64,000 nt of DNA. Origin: a virus. The stretch covers positions 33,154 to 97,153 of the IMG/VR virus record IMGVR_UViG_3300026557_000002; one strand, given 5' to 3'. Shown piece by piece: positions 8,891 to 18,845 of this stretch. A program made the translations under genes and the position numbers. The notes under the pieces are model-generated. The model was not told the DNA's origin. It made no database searches and worked only from the letters and a program-made list of their open reading frames with translations. Position 1 is the stretch's first letter. Every line of letters begins with the position of its first letter.

Positions 8891-11800
8891 ATGGCTGACC
8901 CTCAGACACCTACGCAACAAGAGTACGACCAAGACCAAGGGACGCAGGGCGTCACCCTTGATATGAGTAAGTCGACTCCGCTTGCCCCTTCCCAGACTGC
9001 GCCTCCTGATTCGACAACTGGTGTGACTCTTGATATGAGTAAGTCAAAGCCTCTAGTCGCGGCATCAGCGGCACCTCCCCAAACTGCACCGGCGCCCTCC
9101 AGTCAAGGAGATGCTCACGGCGGAGCAGGTTACGCTGCTATTTACAAGTCATTGACAGATTTTGCCAAAGCCCGCAACGTTACGATGACGGGTTCCGAAA
9201 ATCTTCAAGAATTGTATGACAAGGTTAAAAATTTCTCCGGAGCCCCTGTTCCTCCTGGTTTAGGTCCTTACGAAGGCGAGTATAGAATTGGGCGCGAAGC
9301 AATAGATTTCGGAAAAGGCGCGTTAGCTGCTCAACAGCACGAAGTTGACACCGGCGTCGCTCAGTACGCTCAGCCGGGATTCATGAACAAGGCTGGCGGA
9401 ATTATTCGATACGTTCAAGGCGGGATTCCACTTTTAGGACCTCTACTAGGCGCTATTGAGGACCACCTTTCAAATCGAGAGTATGCGCAAGCGGCTGGCG
9501 TCGCATCATCGCTGGCTACGCCCGAGGTAGTTGACAAAGTCGGAACAAAGATTGTCAACACCTTTAAGACCGCTGTAGACGATACTGCGGCTTTGACTAG
9601 AACGCACGACGCCAGGCTGAAAGAACTGGACGTAGCTAGGCAGCAAGCAGCAGACGCACAGTTAGCTGCGGACAAAGCTAAATTGGCGGAAGGCTCAGCT
9701 AGAACACCGCAAGAGATTGAAACAGCCGCTCAGAATACTTCCCAAGCCCAAACAGTAGCCAGCCAGCAACAAGCTAACTTGTCTAGAGCTGAAGCCGCGG
9801 TCAAGGCAGCAGCAGAAGCCAAGGCACAAGCTGCACTCAAGGTGGCACAATCCGGAAGACAGATCGCCAATCAAGCGGCTAAGAAAGCCAAAGCAGGGCC
9901 AAGTCCCGAAGAAATCGCCAAGTCCAACGCGGACTTCCAGAAGGCTATTCCTGCAGGTCCTGGTAAATCCGCTTATACACCAGAAGATTTGAAAGCTGTT
10001 AACCCTATTCTTGAACGCCATCACGCGAACACGGCACCCGTTGATAGCCCTCAGGCCGTCGTAGATGCTCTGGAATCAGATCGCGTTTCCAGAGACAACA
10101 AGGTCAAGGCTGCGGTTCAGAAATATTCAGACGAGCCTTTGAAATTAGCCGATGCGGACGAAAACGCGGTTAGCGTCAAGCAGAAATTGGTCGAAGCGTT
10201 AGCGGACGACGAAAAGGTTCGCCCGGGCTTCACCGAAGCCGCTCTGAAGGAACTCGACAAGTTCAATACCACGGATCCATCGGTTGGCGAGGCAGACGAG
10301 CTGCGCAAGACCTTGAACACCGAAAACCGAGACAAGTTAAATGCTTCGGGGGGTGCTCGAAGTATCGCAGATGCACGCGAGACCGATCCAGAGTTCGCTG
10401 CCAGATATGAGTTAGCGGATATCCTGCGCGACGGTGTCTATGGCAAATTAGAAGAGAAAGGCGTCAAGGGCGCCCGCGAGAGCCGCCAGCTAGATGCCAG
10501 TGCTATCCGAGTACGTAATGCCGCGGAACGCCAAGTCAAGAGAGCGGACGTCCAGGCCCGCGGAACCGGTGAGGCTGGCCCAGTGGCCAAGATCGCGTCT
10601 AAGGTCGCCAAGACGGTAGGAATCGGTGGTGGCGCCGCTTTGGGCGCCGCTACAGGAATCCCTTTCGCCACCGAAGCTGGCGCCATCATAGGCGGTTCTG
10701 CCGGACAAGCTGCCGCCGATTTCTTGGCTCCGGGCGACTTGACACGTTCTGAACTGATTCAACGTAGGATGAAGACCATGCACGGCGGGGACGTTCCTAC
10801 GCTAGATACGAGTGGTGCTCAGCCGAGCGTTTTGCCCGCAGAACCTTTACCTCCCACAGTTGAGGCTCCTATCAACCCGCGAGAGAATACTGGCCTGCAC
10901 GCCGCCTTGGCTACACATTTTGATGAGCCTATCGGCGAGACCCCGTACAACGAGTTAGAGCAAAGACTGCTTCAGGACATCGCAGACAAGAAGAAATACA
11001 ATGTTCCTGTCGATCCCGCAGAGCGAAAGCTGAATCTAGAGATTAACAAAGCCAAGGTTCAAGAACTCCAAAGAGCCCGCGGACTAGCCGAAGAGCAGGT
11101 CAAGGCTCGCGAGAAAGCCAAGGCAGACGTCGAGGCTGAACGAGCCGAGAAAGAGAAGCTAGGTCTGAAGACTAATCTGGCTACGCCGTTTGAGTCCGAA
11201 TCGCACATTTCACCAGAAGACGAATTCACCCTACACCATGAATTAGGCCATCATTTCCAGATCGCTAAAGCAGGATACCCGACGCAGGACATAATCGGTC
11301 GCTTGCACGCAGACATCGACAGCGGCGCCCAAGCCCAGGCTCGTTGGGATGTCAGCGACTTCTTGGACGATAAAGGCAAGATTGACCTCGGCAAGGTAAA
11401 AGACAACATTGAAGCCTTGTTGGACATCTTCCATGGCGGTGCCGTAGCAGACGAGGTTATGCGCGATGTCCCCGTGCATAGAAACAGTGGGGCCAGAACC
11501 GATCTGCGCAGAATGAGAACCTTGTTGATCGACGCTGGTTTTGCTCCAACAGAGGCCGGTCAGCTAATGGGCGCATCCGAAGGCCGCGTCAGACAAGACT
11601 TTACAAAGTCCGGAATTCGTGATATATTCCAGAGATATTCGCAGGCCCGAGAGGCCGGATTGAATCTAGGCCTTTTGATGAGCGAAGAAACATCTGGGCG
11701 CGCGATACAGGACTTTAAAAACGCTTTAGAAGCTAAGGAGAACACAGGTGAGGGCGAAAACAAATCGGCAACTCCTGGAAAAAATCAGCGAGGGGATCGA

Positions 11801-12259
11801 GAAAGCAACCCCGGAAGAACTGGCGGAGTTCAGGCAAGAGGTAAGGAAGCAAACAAATCTGCCCGCTCGACGGGAGAGAGTTCTGGAAGCGGAGCCGGAC
11901 GAGAAGAACCAAGACTAAAGGCCGCCAAAGCAGAACCGGAAGAGCGTTTACCCAAGGTCGAGAACCTTAGAGTACCCCAGGAGCGAACAACGGGCGAACA
12001 TGACGCCGCTATCAAGGAAGGCGGCGGGATTCCCGGCGGGGTTCAAGAAGGCGACGAAGAGATAGGGTTGAAGGATTTGGTTCTTTTCCACGATCCCACG
12101 ACGGGCAGCACACTAGCCTTGCCTGTGGACAAGGTCTCGGCGGAGAATGTCAAGGCTCAATTGCGCAAGTCTAGAGACATGTATATCGCTGCCGAGGATA
12201 AGAAGGCCAAGGTAGCACATCCAGACGACCACGCCAAGAATCATGAAGGTGAACAATGA
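8891..12259 (+). CDS. Large ejection (polyvalent) protein with M41-like Zn metallopeptidase domain
   Basis: 1122 aa; repeated GVTLDMSKS; coiled coils; glycine zipper; HHELGHH...GGAVADEV...SGARTDL. Confidence 0.65.
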   Translation: MADPQTPTQQEYDQDQGTQGVTLDMSKSTPLAPSQTAPPDSTTGVTLDMSKSKPLVAASAAPPQTAPAPSSQGDAHGGAGYAAIYKSLTDFAKARNVTMTGSENLQELYDKVKNFSGAPVPPGLGPYEGEYRIGREAIDFGKGALAAQQHEVDTGVAQYAQPGFMNKAGGIIRYVQGGIPLLGPLLGAIEDHLSNREYAQAAGVASSLATPEVVDKVGTKIVNTFKTAVDDTAALTRTHDARLKELDVARQQAADAQLAADKAKLAEGSARTPQEIETAAQNTSQAQTVASQQQANLSRAEAAVKAAAEAKAQAALKVAQSGRQIANQAAKKAKAGPSPEEIAKSNADFQKAIPAGPGKSAYTPEDLKAVNPILERHHANTAPVDSPQAVVDALESDRVSRDNKVKAAVQKYSDEPLKLADADENAVSVKQKLVEALADDEKVRPGFTEAALKELDKFNTTDPSVGEADELRKTLNTENRDKLNASGGARSIADARETDPEFAARYELADILRDGVYGKLEEKGVKGARESRQLDASAIRVRNAAERQVKRADVQARGTGEAGPVAKIASKVAKTVGIGGGAALGAATGIPFATEAGAIIGGSAGQAAADFLAPGDLTRSELIQRRMKTMHGGDVPTLDTSGAQPSVLPAEPLPPTVEAPINPRENTGLHAALATHFDEPIGETPYNELEQRLLQDIADKKKYNVPVDPAERKLNLEINKAKVQELQRARGLAEEQVKAREKAKADVEAERAEKEKLGLKTNLATPFESESHISPEDEFTLHHELGHHFQIAKAGYPTQDIIGRLHADIDSGAQAQARWDVSDFLDDKGKIDLGKVKDNIEALLDIFHGGAVADEVMRDVPVHRNSGARTDLRRMRTLLIDAGFAPTEAGQLMGASEGRVRQDFTKSGIRDIFQRYSQAREAGLNLGLLMSEETSGRAIQDFKNALEAKENTGEGENKSATPGKNQRGDRESNPGRTGGVQARGKEANKSARSTGESSGSGAGREEPRLKAAKAEPEERLPKVENLRVPQERTTGEHDAAIKEGGGIPGGVQEGDEEIGLKDLVLFHDPTTGSTLALPVDKVSAENVKAQLRKSRDMYIAAEDKKAKVAHPDDHAKNHEGEQ

Positions 12260-12291
12260 TTTGGACACAAGAAACATCGTATATTTATTGG

Positions 12292-12320
12292 TTGACAAAG
12301 CAAGAAATACGTGCTATCTT
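12292..12320 (+). promoter_or_regulatory. sigma70-like promoter with extended -10
   Basis: TTGACA-N17-TATCTT preceded by TG. Confidence 0.65.
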
Positions 12321-12367
12321 GATTGAAGCCCTAGAACGTTGGCTAATTAGCAATTAAAGGAGACACA

Positions 12368-12559
12368 ATGGCAAAGGGAGCAGGAAGCGGTGATAAGCTG
12401 GCTCGAGGTGCGATTCGTGCAACATATACAACCACCGAAGGCGGCGTTTCGAACAAGAAGTGGGATGATATGTTCGCCGATTATGATCCGGAAAGATTCA
12501 AGAAAAACGGGCTGCCCAAAGTCGAGGGCGGCGAGAAAGAGTTGATGAAGAGCCGGTAA
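12368..12559 (+). CDS. Small hypothetical protein
   Basis: AAAGGAG RBS; stop overlaps next start (TAATG). Confidence 0.7.
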   Translation: MAKGAGSGDKLARGAIRATYTTTEGGVSNKKWDDMFADYDPERFKKNGLPKVEGGEKELMKSR

Positions 12560-13329
12560 TGAAATCTGTAGTCGTAATGCCGGTTTGCCGGAGACCGGAG
12601 TTCTTGGCTCTCAGCTTAGAGAAATTAGAACTCGCTGGCGGCCTTGATCTAGATGTAAGAATTTATGCGGACACGGGGACAGACCTCGAATCTGTCTCCT
12701 TTGTTCGTGACCAGTATTTCCCTTCAGCAATGATCTTCCAAGCTAAACCCCATCCTAAAGCACCCTCCGGAACATTTAACATACTCAATTCCATAGCTGC
12801 GGGGTATCATGCTGGCGGTGATTTGATTTACCACGTCGAAGAAGATGTAATGGTACGCTCTGGGTTTTTTGCTTTCCACGAGGCCCAGCATTCGCTATTC
12901 GCGAATCGCGAATCCAGAATACTGGCGACTTGCGGCCGTCAGGTTAAATATTTCATGGACAACTTCGGGGACTTGTACAGTAACCCGGGATCCTGTTTAT
13001 CTCGCCGGCTAGTCGAAGCCTTGATCCCGCATCTCTGCTCAGCGTATTACGCCGACCAAGAAGGCTACCTGAACGCAAACTTCGAGCCCTGGCCAGAAAT
13101 GAGTAAGCTCGATGACGGCCTGATTCGGAGAGTGATCCGCCAGCTAGACGGCCGAGTCGTGTCGGCTAACCCGGGAGTTTGCGCGCACCAAGGGTTCAGG
13201 TACTACGATAAGTTGTCGATATACAGGAATGAAGAGACCGTGATCGAGGCCAGGATTTCTCGTTTAAGGCGGATCTTAGCCGATGTCAGGCCGGGAGATC
13301 GGTACGCGAGGGATTTTGAACCGTTTTGA
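12559..13329 (+). CDS. GT-A fold glycosyltransferase
   Basis: VVVMPVCRRPEFL start, IYAD, HVEEDV (DxD-like). Confidence 0.65.
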   Translation: MKSVVVMPVCRRPEFLALSLEKLELAGGLDLDVRIYADTGTDLESVSFVRDQYFPSAMIFQAKPHPKAPSGTFNILNSIAAGYHAGGDLIYHVEEDVMVRSGFFAFHEAQHSLFANRESRILATCGRQVKYFMDNFGDLYSNPGSCLSRRLVEALIPHLCSAYYADQEGYLNANFEPWPEMSKLDDGLIRRVIRQLDGRVVSANPGVCAHQGFRYYDKLSIYRNEETVIEARISRLRRILADVRPGDRYARDFEPF

Positions 13330-13350
13330 TAATCACCTCTTCGGTGATTA
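13330..13350. terminator. Hairpin between convergent gene blocks (putative bidirectional terminator)
   Basis: TAATCACC-tcttc-GGTGATTA, perfect 8-bp stem at the strand switch. Confidence 0.55.
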
Positions 13351-13539
13351 TCGCTTTGGCTCAACGAATCCATTCACTTCCATGAAGTTCCGTCCCGCTT
13401 GCTCAAACGCTAATGCTACACATTGTTCAGCAAACTGTGGATCGAGGCCGATGGCTATAGCTTTATCCATCAGTTCTTTCCTGATCTTCATCAATTCCGC
13501 CTCGATAGATTCCATCGAGAATGCACTGTAGTCTTCCAT
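13348..13539 (-). CDS. Hypothetical protein
   Basis: GGAGG RBS; 63 aa. Confidence 0.6.
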   Translation of the reverse strand: MEDYSAFSMESIEAELMKIRKELMDKAIAIGLDPQFAEQCVALAFEQAGRNFMEVNGFVEPKR

Positions 13540-13571
13540 CCTGCCTCCTGATAATCAATCGCCCTTGTTTT

Positions 13572-13916
13572 TCATTCTTGCTTCGTCATTAATCTAGGCC
13601 ACCAAGCGTTGGGGTTTACCATCGTGACTGTCTGCCACTCGGCTCCCGTAGCCTTAGCCCTGGCACCACCGCCGCCACCGCTTAGTGGTTTGTTCCCTGG
13701 GACGTGTGTCGGATCATAATCCTTCTTCGGCTGTGGTTTGTCGTCGGCATCAGCCGGAACCAACCTGCTTAAGAATTCGTCCCCGACTTCAATCTTCTTT
13801 CCGTTCTCTAGCTCTAACCGGTGTACGATCCCGGAAGAAGAAAGAATTCGTCCCAAGTACAAAAAATACATCGGCTTTGTCCCGATTACATGTTTGAGCC
13901 AATCTCCTGGTTTCAT
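13572..13916 (-). CDS. Hypothetical protein
   Basis: Tightly packed ORF in the - strand operon. Confidence 0.6.
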   Translation of the reverse strand: MKPGDWLKHVIGTKPMYFLYLGRILSSSGIVHRLELENGKKIEVGDEFLSRLVPADADDKPQPKKDYDPTHVPGNKPLSGGGGGARAKATGAEWQTVTMVNPNAWWPRLMTKQE

Positions 13917-13918
13917 GG

Positions 13919-14110
13919 CTAGGGCTGCTCCGTCTCCTGCTGTGCCCGCTCTGGCAACTCTTCACTCCAAGCAATTGGGTCGATTGCGTTGTGCGTCCGT
14001 GCAAATAATTCTTTGCCAACCGTTTCGCGCACTTGTTCTAAAGTCTCGCCAGACACATCGAAATGGTCTTCTGTGCCGTCATTGTGTTCAAAGTGGATTC
14101 GGAATCTCAT
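13919..14110 (-). CDS. Hypothetical protein
   Basis: ATGA overlap with upstream ORF. Confidence 0.6.
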   Translation of the reverse strand: MRFRIHFEHNDGTEDHFDVSGETLEQVRETVGKELFARTHNAIDPIAWSEELPERAQQETEQP

Positions 14111-15102
14111 GCGCCCGGCCCCTTACGCGCCAGTTCCGCTCGCAGGGCGACAGCGAATTCATTCAGTGCCAATCGGCGATTGGCAAAGTTCAACGCATCG
14201 GCGATCAAAGCTAAGCTTTGTGGATGTGCTGCGTGGTCTCGAATCAGAGGCGCTTTACCTGAAACATGGACAACGGCCTTACCGTCCACAAACCAGTTGT
14301 TCACAGGCGAAGTAAGTATACCGTGCAGCTTCTCGCTAAGCTCCCGCAACCCTTCGAACGCGGGGGCAGCTGGCTGGCGTGTCGCTAGGGCGGACTCCAG
14401 CCCACGAATATCTCTTTTCTGCTGGCGGCAAGAAGGGCAGTCGGTATCAAGCATTTCTTTGCCGCCGCAACATTCATCAACTTCTGCTTGCCACATTCCC
14501 ACTAGCCCCACCACGCTGTCCGGCTGGGCACTCGCTGGCGCTTTTACGCACGTCCCTAGCAAGTGTCTGATTCCGTCTTGCACTTCAGCCATTGGCACTC
14601 GGCAGTACGGGCAGTGCGTGCTCTCCCAAGTGTTACGCCAGCCAATCGGTGGCGTCGGGGTGGCGGTTGCGGGGGCGGAAGTGTTGGTTAGGGTCTCGAC
14701 GGCGAAGCGAAATATCCACTGCATTCCACCAGTATCGCCTTCCAAAAGATACTGCCCGTGCCAACTATCGACTTGCTCCTCACCACACGCTACTGCACGG
14801 ATTCTCACCAGTGCCGCTCGCAGCGTCTCTTCCCTCGGCGGCTGCCCCAGCGCATCCTGTGGTTCGCGGAGGTCAGCAACGAATCGTTCAGCCAATTCAA
14901 TCATGTCCTGCACAGCAGCCTTCGTCTCTGGATAGACAAATTTCACACTACCCGTTCGCATCTTCTCGATGTAGGATTCCCACTTGTTAATCAGCTTCGT
15001 CGTGTCCATTCGCTCCTCCGCCTTCACTTGGCCCGCCATCCCTGGCTTCTCTTTCACATAAGTATGAACCGCTGGATTATCGAACTCGTTTCGCTCACTC
15101 AC
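14107..15102 (-). CDS. Mosaic phage hypothetical protein (start uncertain)
   Basis: GTG start overlapping upstream stop; CxxC motifs; Pro/Ala linkers. Confidence 0.5.
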   Translation of the reverse strand: MSERNEFDNPAVHTYVKEKPGMAGQVKAEERMDTTKLINKWESYIEKMRTGSVKFVYPETKAAVQDMIELAERFVADLREPQDALGQPPREETLRAALVRIRAVACGEEQVDSWHGQYLLEGDTGGMQWIFRFAVETLTNTSAPATATPTPPIGWRNTWESTHCPYCRVPMAEVQDGIRHLLGTCVKAPASAQPDSVVGLVGMWQAEVDECCGGKEMLDTDCPSCRQQKRDIRGLESALATRQPAAPAFEGLRELSEKLHGILTSPVNNWFVDGKAVVHVSGKAPLIRDHAAHPQSLALIADALNFANRRLALNEFAVALRAELARKGPGA

Positions 15103-15320
15103 TTTGCGGACCTCTTGCGCTTGCGGGGCACTGAGCGTCCAGCTACCGCTTCGCATCCGGCCATGAACGCTCGCCACAAGCGATTCTCTAGAAATTGCCC
15201 CGATGCGTTTGCCCAAGTACAGCGTCTGCCTTCATCCGATTCAAGCCAGCGAGTCCACGCGATTGCATCCTCGTGACGCGAAACTTCCCGCACCGCCCCT
15301 GCTCTCTTCTGTTTGCTCAT
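15099..15320 (-). CDS. Hypothetical protein
   Basis: GGAG RBS and ATGA overlap (MSKQKR...). Confidence 0.55.
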   Translation of the reverse strand: MSKQKRAGAVREVSRHEDAIAWTRWLESDEGRRCTWANASGQFLENRLWRAFMAGCEAVAGRSVPRKRKRSAK

Positions 15321-15643
15321 GGCTTCTCCAGCTTCTCTAGGGCGGCGTTCCACTTCGCTTTTAGCGCGTCCCAATCCTCGGCGTATCCGCTCGCATCGCT
15401 CCAGTCATGCATCGCCTGCCCAGAGTTCAACAATGCCGATATCCCTGATTTTTTCTCGCTCAACCCACAATCGCAATTCCGCCTAACCTGCTCTTCCGAA
15501 GTCGCTGGGAACGCGTGACATCTACCACGGTGTTGCATGTAAGGAGCCAGCTTGCGCACCACCGCCTCCATGCGCTTCATGGCAGCCACCACGATGCAAT
15601 AGCCGCTATCGTTAGAACTACAAGTAGCGTCCAAATTTTCCAT
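15317..15643 (-). CDS. Hypothetical protein with H-x3-C / CDCG motif (start uncertain)
   Basis: ORF track; common phage CxCGL motif. Confidence 0.45.
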   Translation of the reverse strand: MENLDATCSSNDSGYCIVVAAMKRMEAVVRKLAPYMQHRGRCHAFPATSEEQVRRNCDCGLSEKKSGISALLNSGQAMHDWSDASGYAEDWDALKAKWNAALEKLEKP

Positions 15644-16032
15644 CCCGGCTTGCTCATTTCTTGCGCTCCTCAATGGCCTGGTCCAGCGCGGCGAACCGCT
15701 CATTTTCCATTCTTCTGATCGCCTCGAATGCGGTATCACACGCGTTCTTGAAAGCTCCAGGAGTGCGTACCCGAGACCTGCGGTCCGGCGTCGGTCGAGT
15801 CATTTGCCTTCGGTCTCCGCGGATCATGCTGCCCCCAATCTGAAACCTAAATTTCTTTTAATCTGTTCTTCCAAAGAGATTGATAGAAATTTTCCCGCAG
15901 CTTCTTCTGGTGTCAATGCTCTAACTTCAAAATCCGTACCTGCCAGAAACCAAATGACGGGATAAGGATAAAGACCTGTTAGCCCTAACCTTTTTCTCGC
16001 TTCCCCGTTCTGTTGTTGAAATTCCTTATACG

Positions 16033-16914
16033 TCACGTTGCACCCAGCCTGAACCCGAGTCCTGCCCGCTGTGCCCATTCGCGGCGTGTAACCAAATCGC
16101 TGGAGGTTTTGTCATAGCGATCCGTTATATCCCCGTTTTTAGAGTGTCCGGCCCAAAACTTAACCAGACCTTCTGGGGCGCCAGCCTTCCTGAGCTGGGT
16201 AATTCGGAACCGGCGGAAAGCGTGGAACCCGACGCCGACGCCGTCAGAAGCCATCTGTCTCCGGTTCTTTTGGTAATCCCCTCGAAACATCCGGCCAGTC
16301 TTGTCTCCAAGAAGATCGATCAAGAGGCCATTCAGGTCCGCAGAAATGTCCACTTCGCGGGTACCCGCATCTGTCTTAGTCTCCCGGATGACTACCGTAG
16401 AGGTCTCAGGGTTCCAGAAGTTGCCGTTCCCGGCGTCCTGGACGGTCAGGGAGAGGGCTTCGGCTATCCTTAGCCCTGAGCCAGCCAGAAGAGCGTAAAG
16501 TGCCTTATTCTCGCCCTGCGAGGCTTTCAGGACATTCTCTACGTCCTCTGAAGTAACCACTGGCGCCGCCTGCTCTTTAGGATTGATGATCGGAAGGTCC
16601 ACGAAGTCGTTATTCCAGGTACGTGGGAAGATCTGGTTACCGGTATTCGGATCTACTGCGGAAGCCACGACCGCTTTGATGACCGATGCGATCCCGGTAA
16701 TACTCGAGGCGGACAAGCCGTCTTCGGTCAGGCCGGCGACCAGAGTCTTTAGAACCCCGTTGTCGATCTCCCCAAGGTCCTTTTCACCGATCTTTGGCAG
16801 GATATGGTTCACCAGATAAGACTGGTAGATGACCGCGGTCCTAGGCTTGATAGGCTCCCGACGACGGTTCTGGCTCTCGGTCATGAACATCTCGGCTCTG
16901 GTTTTAAAGTTCAT
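16033..16914 (-). CDS. int: Tyrosine recombinase / integrase
   Basis: Full catalytic set: GLRIAE (R), TKT (K), HAFRR (HxxR), AGH (H), DRY (Y); core-binding N-terminal domain. Confidence 0.9.
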   Translation of the reverse strand: MNFKTRAEMFMTESQNRRREPIKPRTAVIYQSYLVNHILPKIGEKDLGEIDNGVLKTLVAGLTEDGLSASSITGIASVIKAVVASAVDPNTGNQIFPRTWNNDFVDLPIINPKEQAAPVVTSEDVENVLKASQGENKALYALLAGSGLRIAEALSLTVQDAGNGNFWNPETSTVVIRETKTDAGTREVDISADLNGLLIDLLGDKTGRMFRGDYQKNRRQMASDGVGVGFHAFRRFRITQLRKAGAPEGLVKFWAGHSKNGDITDRYDKTSSDLVTRREWAQRAGLGFRLGAT

Positions 16915-16923
16915 AATGAAATC

Positions 16924-16951
16924 AGTCTACCACAAGCTCTTTGATTGTCAA
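16924..16951 (-). promoter_or_regulatory. Promoter for recombinase (near-leaderless)
   Basis: TTGACA-N16-TAGACT with TGTG; -10 ends about 10 nt from the ATG. Confidence 0.5.
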
Positions 16952-16973
16952 GAAGTATTTTCAAAAAAAAGTA

Positions 16974-17945
16974 CTAGTCATTTTTAGTACTCTCATTCAG
17001 TGTAAAGCCGAGCGTGTATCCTACAGTTGATTTCTGTCCCATTTTAGGCATCTTAATAACGTCTTTAATGTTGCCTCGGAGTCGCTTCAGGGTCAAATCG
17101 TAATCAATTTTTAAACATAGAGTTGCGACTACGAGTTCTCGAAGATGAGCCAACCCCATGCCGTCTGTATCATCAACCATACGTTGGACCTGCGACGCCG
17201 GGATCGCGCCTTTGATTAAATACTCTAAGTACGTCTTGCGGGCGTCGGCTATCGGCGGATTCAAGCCAACAATAAGATCGAATCGCCCGGGCCGTTTAAT
17301 CAGACGATCTTCCAAAACGTCAGGCTTGTTAGTCGTAGCCAAATGGATGATGTTATCGACTTGTTTTTCCCCATCGAGAAAACTCAAAACATCGGATTCT
17401 TGTTCTTTATCATCCATCATTTTCTCGATATCTTCAAAAATAGTCATGACGGGGCGTCTGGGTTCGATTTCGCGTAAGTGCTGGATGATTTGTGATGTCG
17501 TTTCTATCTTCGTGACCGATATCACGACGCCGTCGCGTCTAATGACTTCATCGCATAACAGGCGAATAATGCTAGTTTTGCCGCAGCCTGCCGGACCATA
17601 AAACATAATACCGCGCTTGAATAACAGACCCGTTTGTTTAAACACGTCTTCTTGGCCCCAGAAATTTTTGATTTGGCCAAGAATGAAATCCGTAGGCATC
17701 CCAGGCAAAATAAATAGACTATCAGCAGGAAATTTAATTTCGCGAGCGTAGATGTTATCGTCATTATCCATCCGAGCCTCATAAACCCCGTTCGGCAATC
17801 TCGTATGAGTAGCATTCGTGGGATAGAAGCGGCTTTTCCGCTTAGACCAATGCGTATGATCTTTTGGCTTATTTACATATTCCCAGTCTAGATCTATGTC
17901 TTCAGGCATGAGTTTTTTATCTCCACTGTAATATTGCTCGGACAT
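16974..17945 (-). CDS. AAA+ ATPase (classical AAA clade)
   Basis: Walker A GPAGCGKT, Walker B IFEDIE, sensor TTN, SRH LIKRPGRFD; likely start MSEQYY. Confidence 0.9.
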   Translation of the reverse strand: MSEQYYSGDKKLMPEDIDLDWEYVNKPKDHTHWSKRKSRFYPTNATHTRLPNGVYEARMDNDDNIYAREIKFPADSLFILPGMPTDFILGQIKNFWGQEDVFKQTGLLFKRGIMFYGPAGCGKTSIIRLLCDEVIRRDGVVISVTKIETTSQIIQHLREIEPRRPVMTIFEDIEKMMDDKEQESDVLSFLDGEKQVDNIIHLATTNKPDVLEDRLIKRPGRFDLIVGLNPPIADARKTYLEYLIKGAIPASQVQRMVDDTDGMGLAHLRELVVATLCLKIDYDLTLKRLRGNIKDVIKMPKMGQKSTVGYTLGFTLNESTKND

Positions 17946-17947
17946 AT

Positions 17948-18358
17948 TTACCACAAATCGTGAAATGCGCCGTGCTCCGACAAATCCACCATACAAGCCT
18001 GCCATCGGATCCCGTGAGAGTCAAGTTCTTTCCCGTCCGTCTTGATATGGCATTGTTCATGAAGCAAGGTCAATCGTGCCTGGCGAGGAACCGGATTCGT
18101 CTTCCGGTCGATTCTGATCTGGCGAACACCGTTTGTGTCTACCCAAGTGGCGCCCATGTCGCCTTTGCTCTCCCCATCCGTCATGTCTGACCAGAGAACA
18201 TTAACTTTCTTTGGCAACTGGCCCAGGAAGTAATCCCGGTTGAAGTCTGCGTAGTCCTGCTCTAGGGCGCAAATCTCTCCGGCCTTGGCCGCTTGGGTGA
18301 TCAGAAACCAGATTACGGCTAAGAGGATGGTTATGATGACCTTGGTTCTAATTTTCAT
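17948..18358 (-). CDS. SprT-like Zn metalloprotease with N-terminal signal/TM segment
   Basis: LLHEQCH and HGIRW motifs; hydrophobic N-terminus ending A-K-A. Confidence 0.75.
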   Translation of the reverse strand: MKIRTKVIITILLAVIWFLITQAAKAGEICALEQDYADFNRDYFLGQLPKKVNVLWSDMTDGESKGDMGATWVDTNGVRQIRIDRKTNPVPRQARLTLLHEQCHIKTDGKELDSHGIRWQACMVDLSEHGAFHDLW

Positions 18359-18845
18359 TCTCGATCCTCTTTAATTCTTGTTCTGAAATCATTGCGCCGC
18401 CATAAGGGTCGTCTACCAAATGCCCATCTATGACCGAAACGAACTCGAAAACTCCGTGCGGGTCATGATCGCCTTTAAAGATGATTTCTACGATATCCCG
18501 AGTCCAGTTGGTCGGGCAAGTGTGCTCATCATAGAAATATCGCTGATGGCTTTCGTAGTCTTCAGATGTCATGCCTTGGCTATGCGCGTATTTCCAAGCA
18601 TTTAATTTCAAGATAATCTTAGGTTCTGTTACGGATTGTAAAGTTACGGTTACAGGAGTATTCTTTTTCCCTGTAGAAATTGTCCTGAAGTCAGTCTCGG
18701 ATACCCTTTCAATATCGACGTTCTCTTGGCACTCATTGCATGACCAATTCGTCTTAAATCCTACGCTGATTTGATCAGCACGCCAACTACCTTTGGAGCA
18801 ACTAGGACATGGGATGTACAGTCGAATCTTCGCTTGAACTATCAT
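18348..18845 (-). CDS. Zn-ribbon hypothetical protein
   Basis: CPSC...CNEC; HTCP. Confidence 0.55.
   Translation of the reverse strand: MIVQAKIRLYIPCPSCSKGSWRADQISVGFKTNWSCNECQENVDIERVSETDFRTISTGKKNTPVTVTLQSVTEPKIILKLNAWKYAHSQGMTSEDYESHQRYFYDEHTCPTNWTRDIVEIIFKGDHDPHGVFEFVSVIDGHLVDDPYGGAMISEQELKRIENEN

Noticed and set aside
14063-15276. Long + strand ORFs (290 aa and 172 aa)
   Set aside because: Antisense shadows of the coupled - strand operon, with no RBS or motifs
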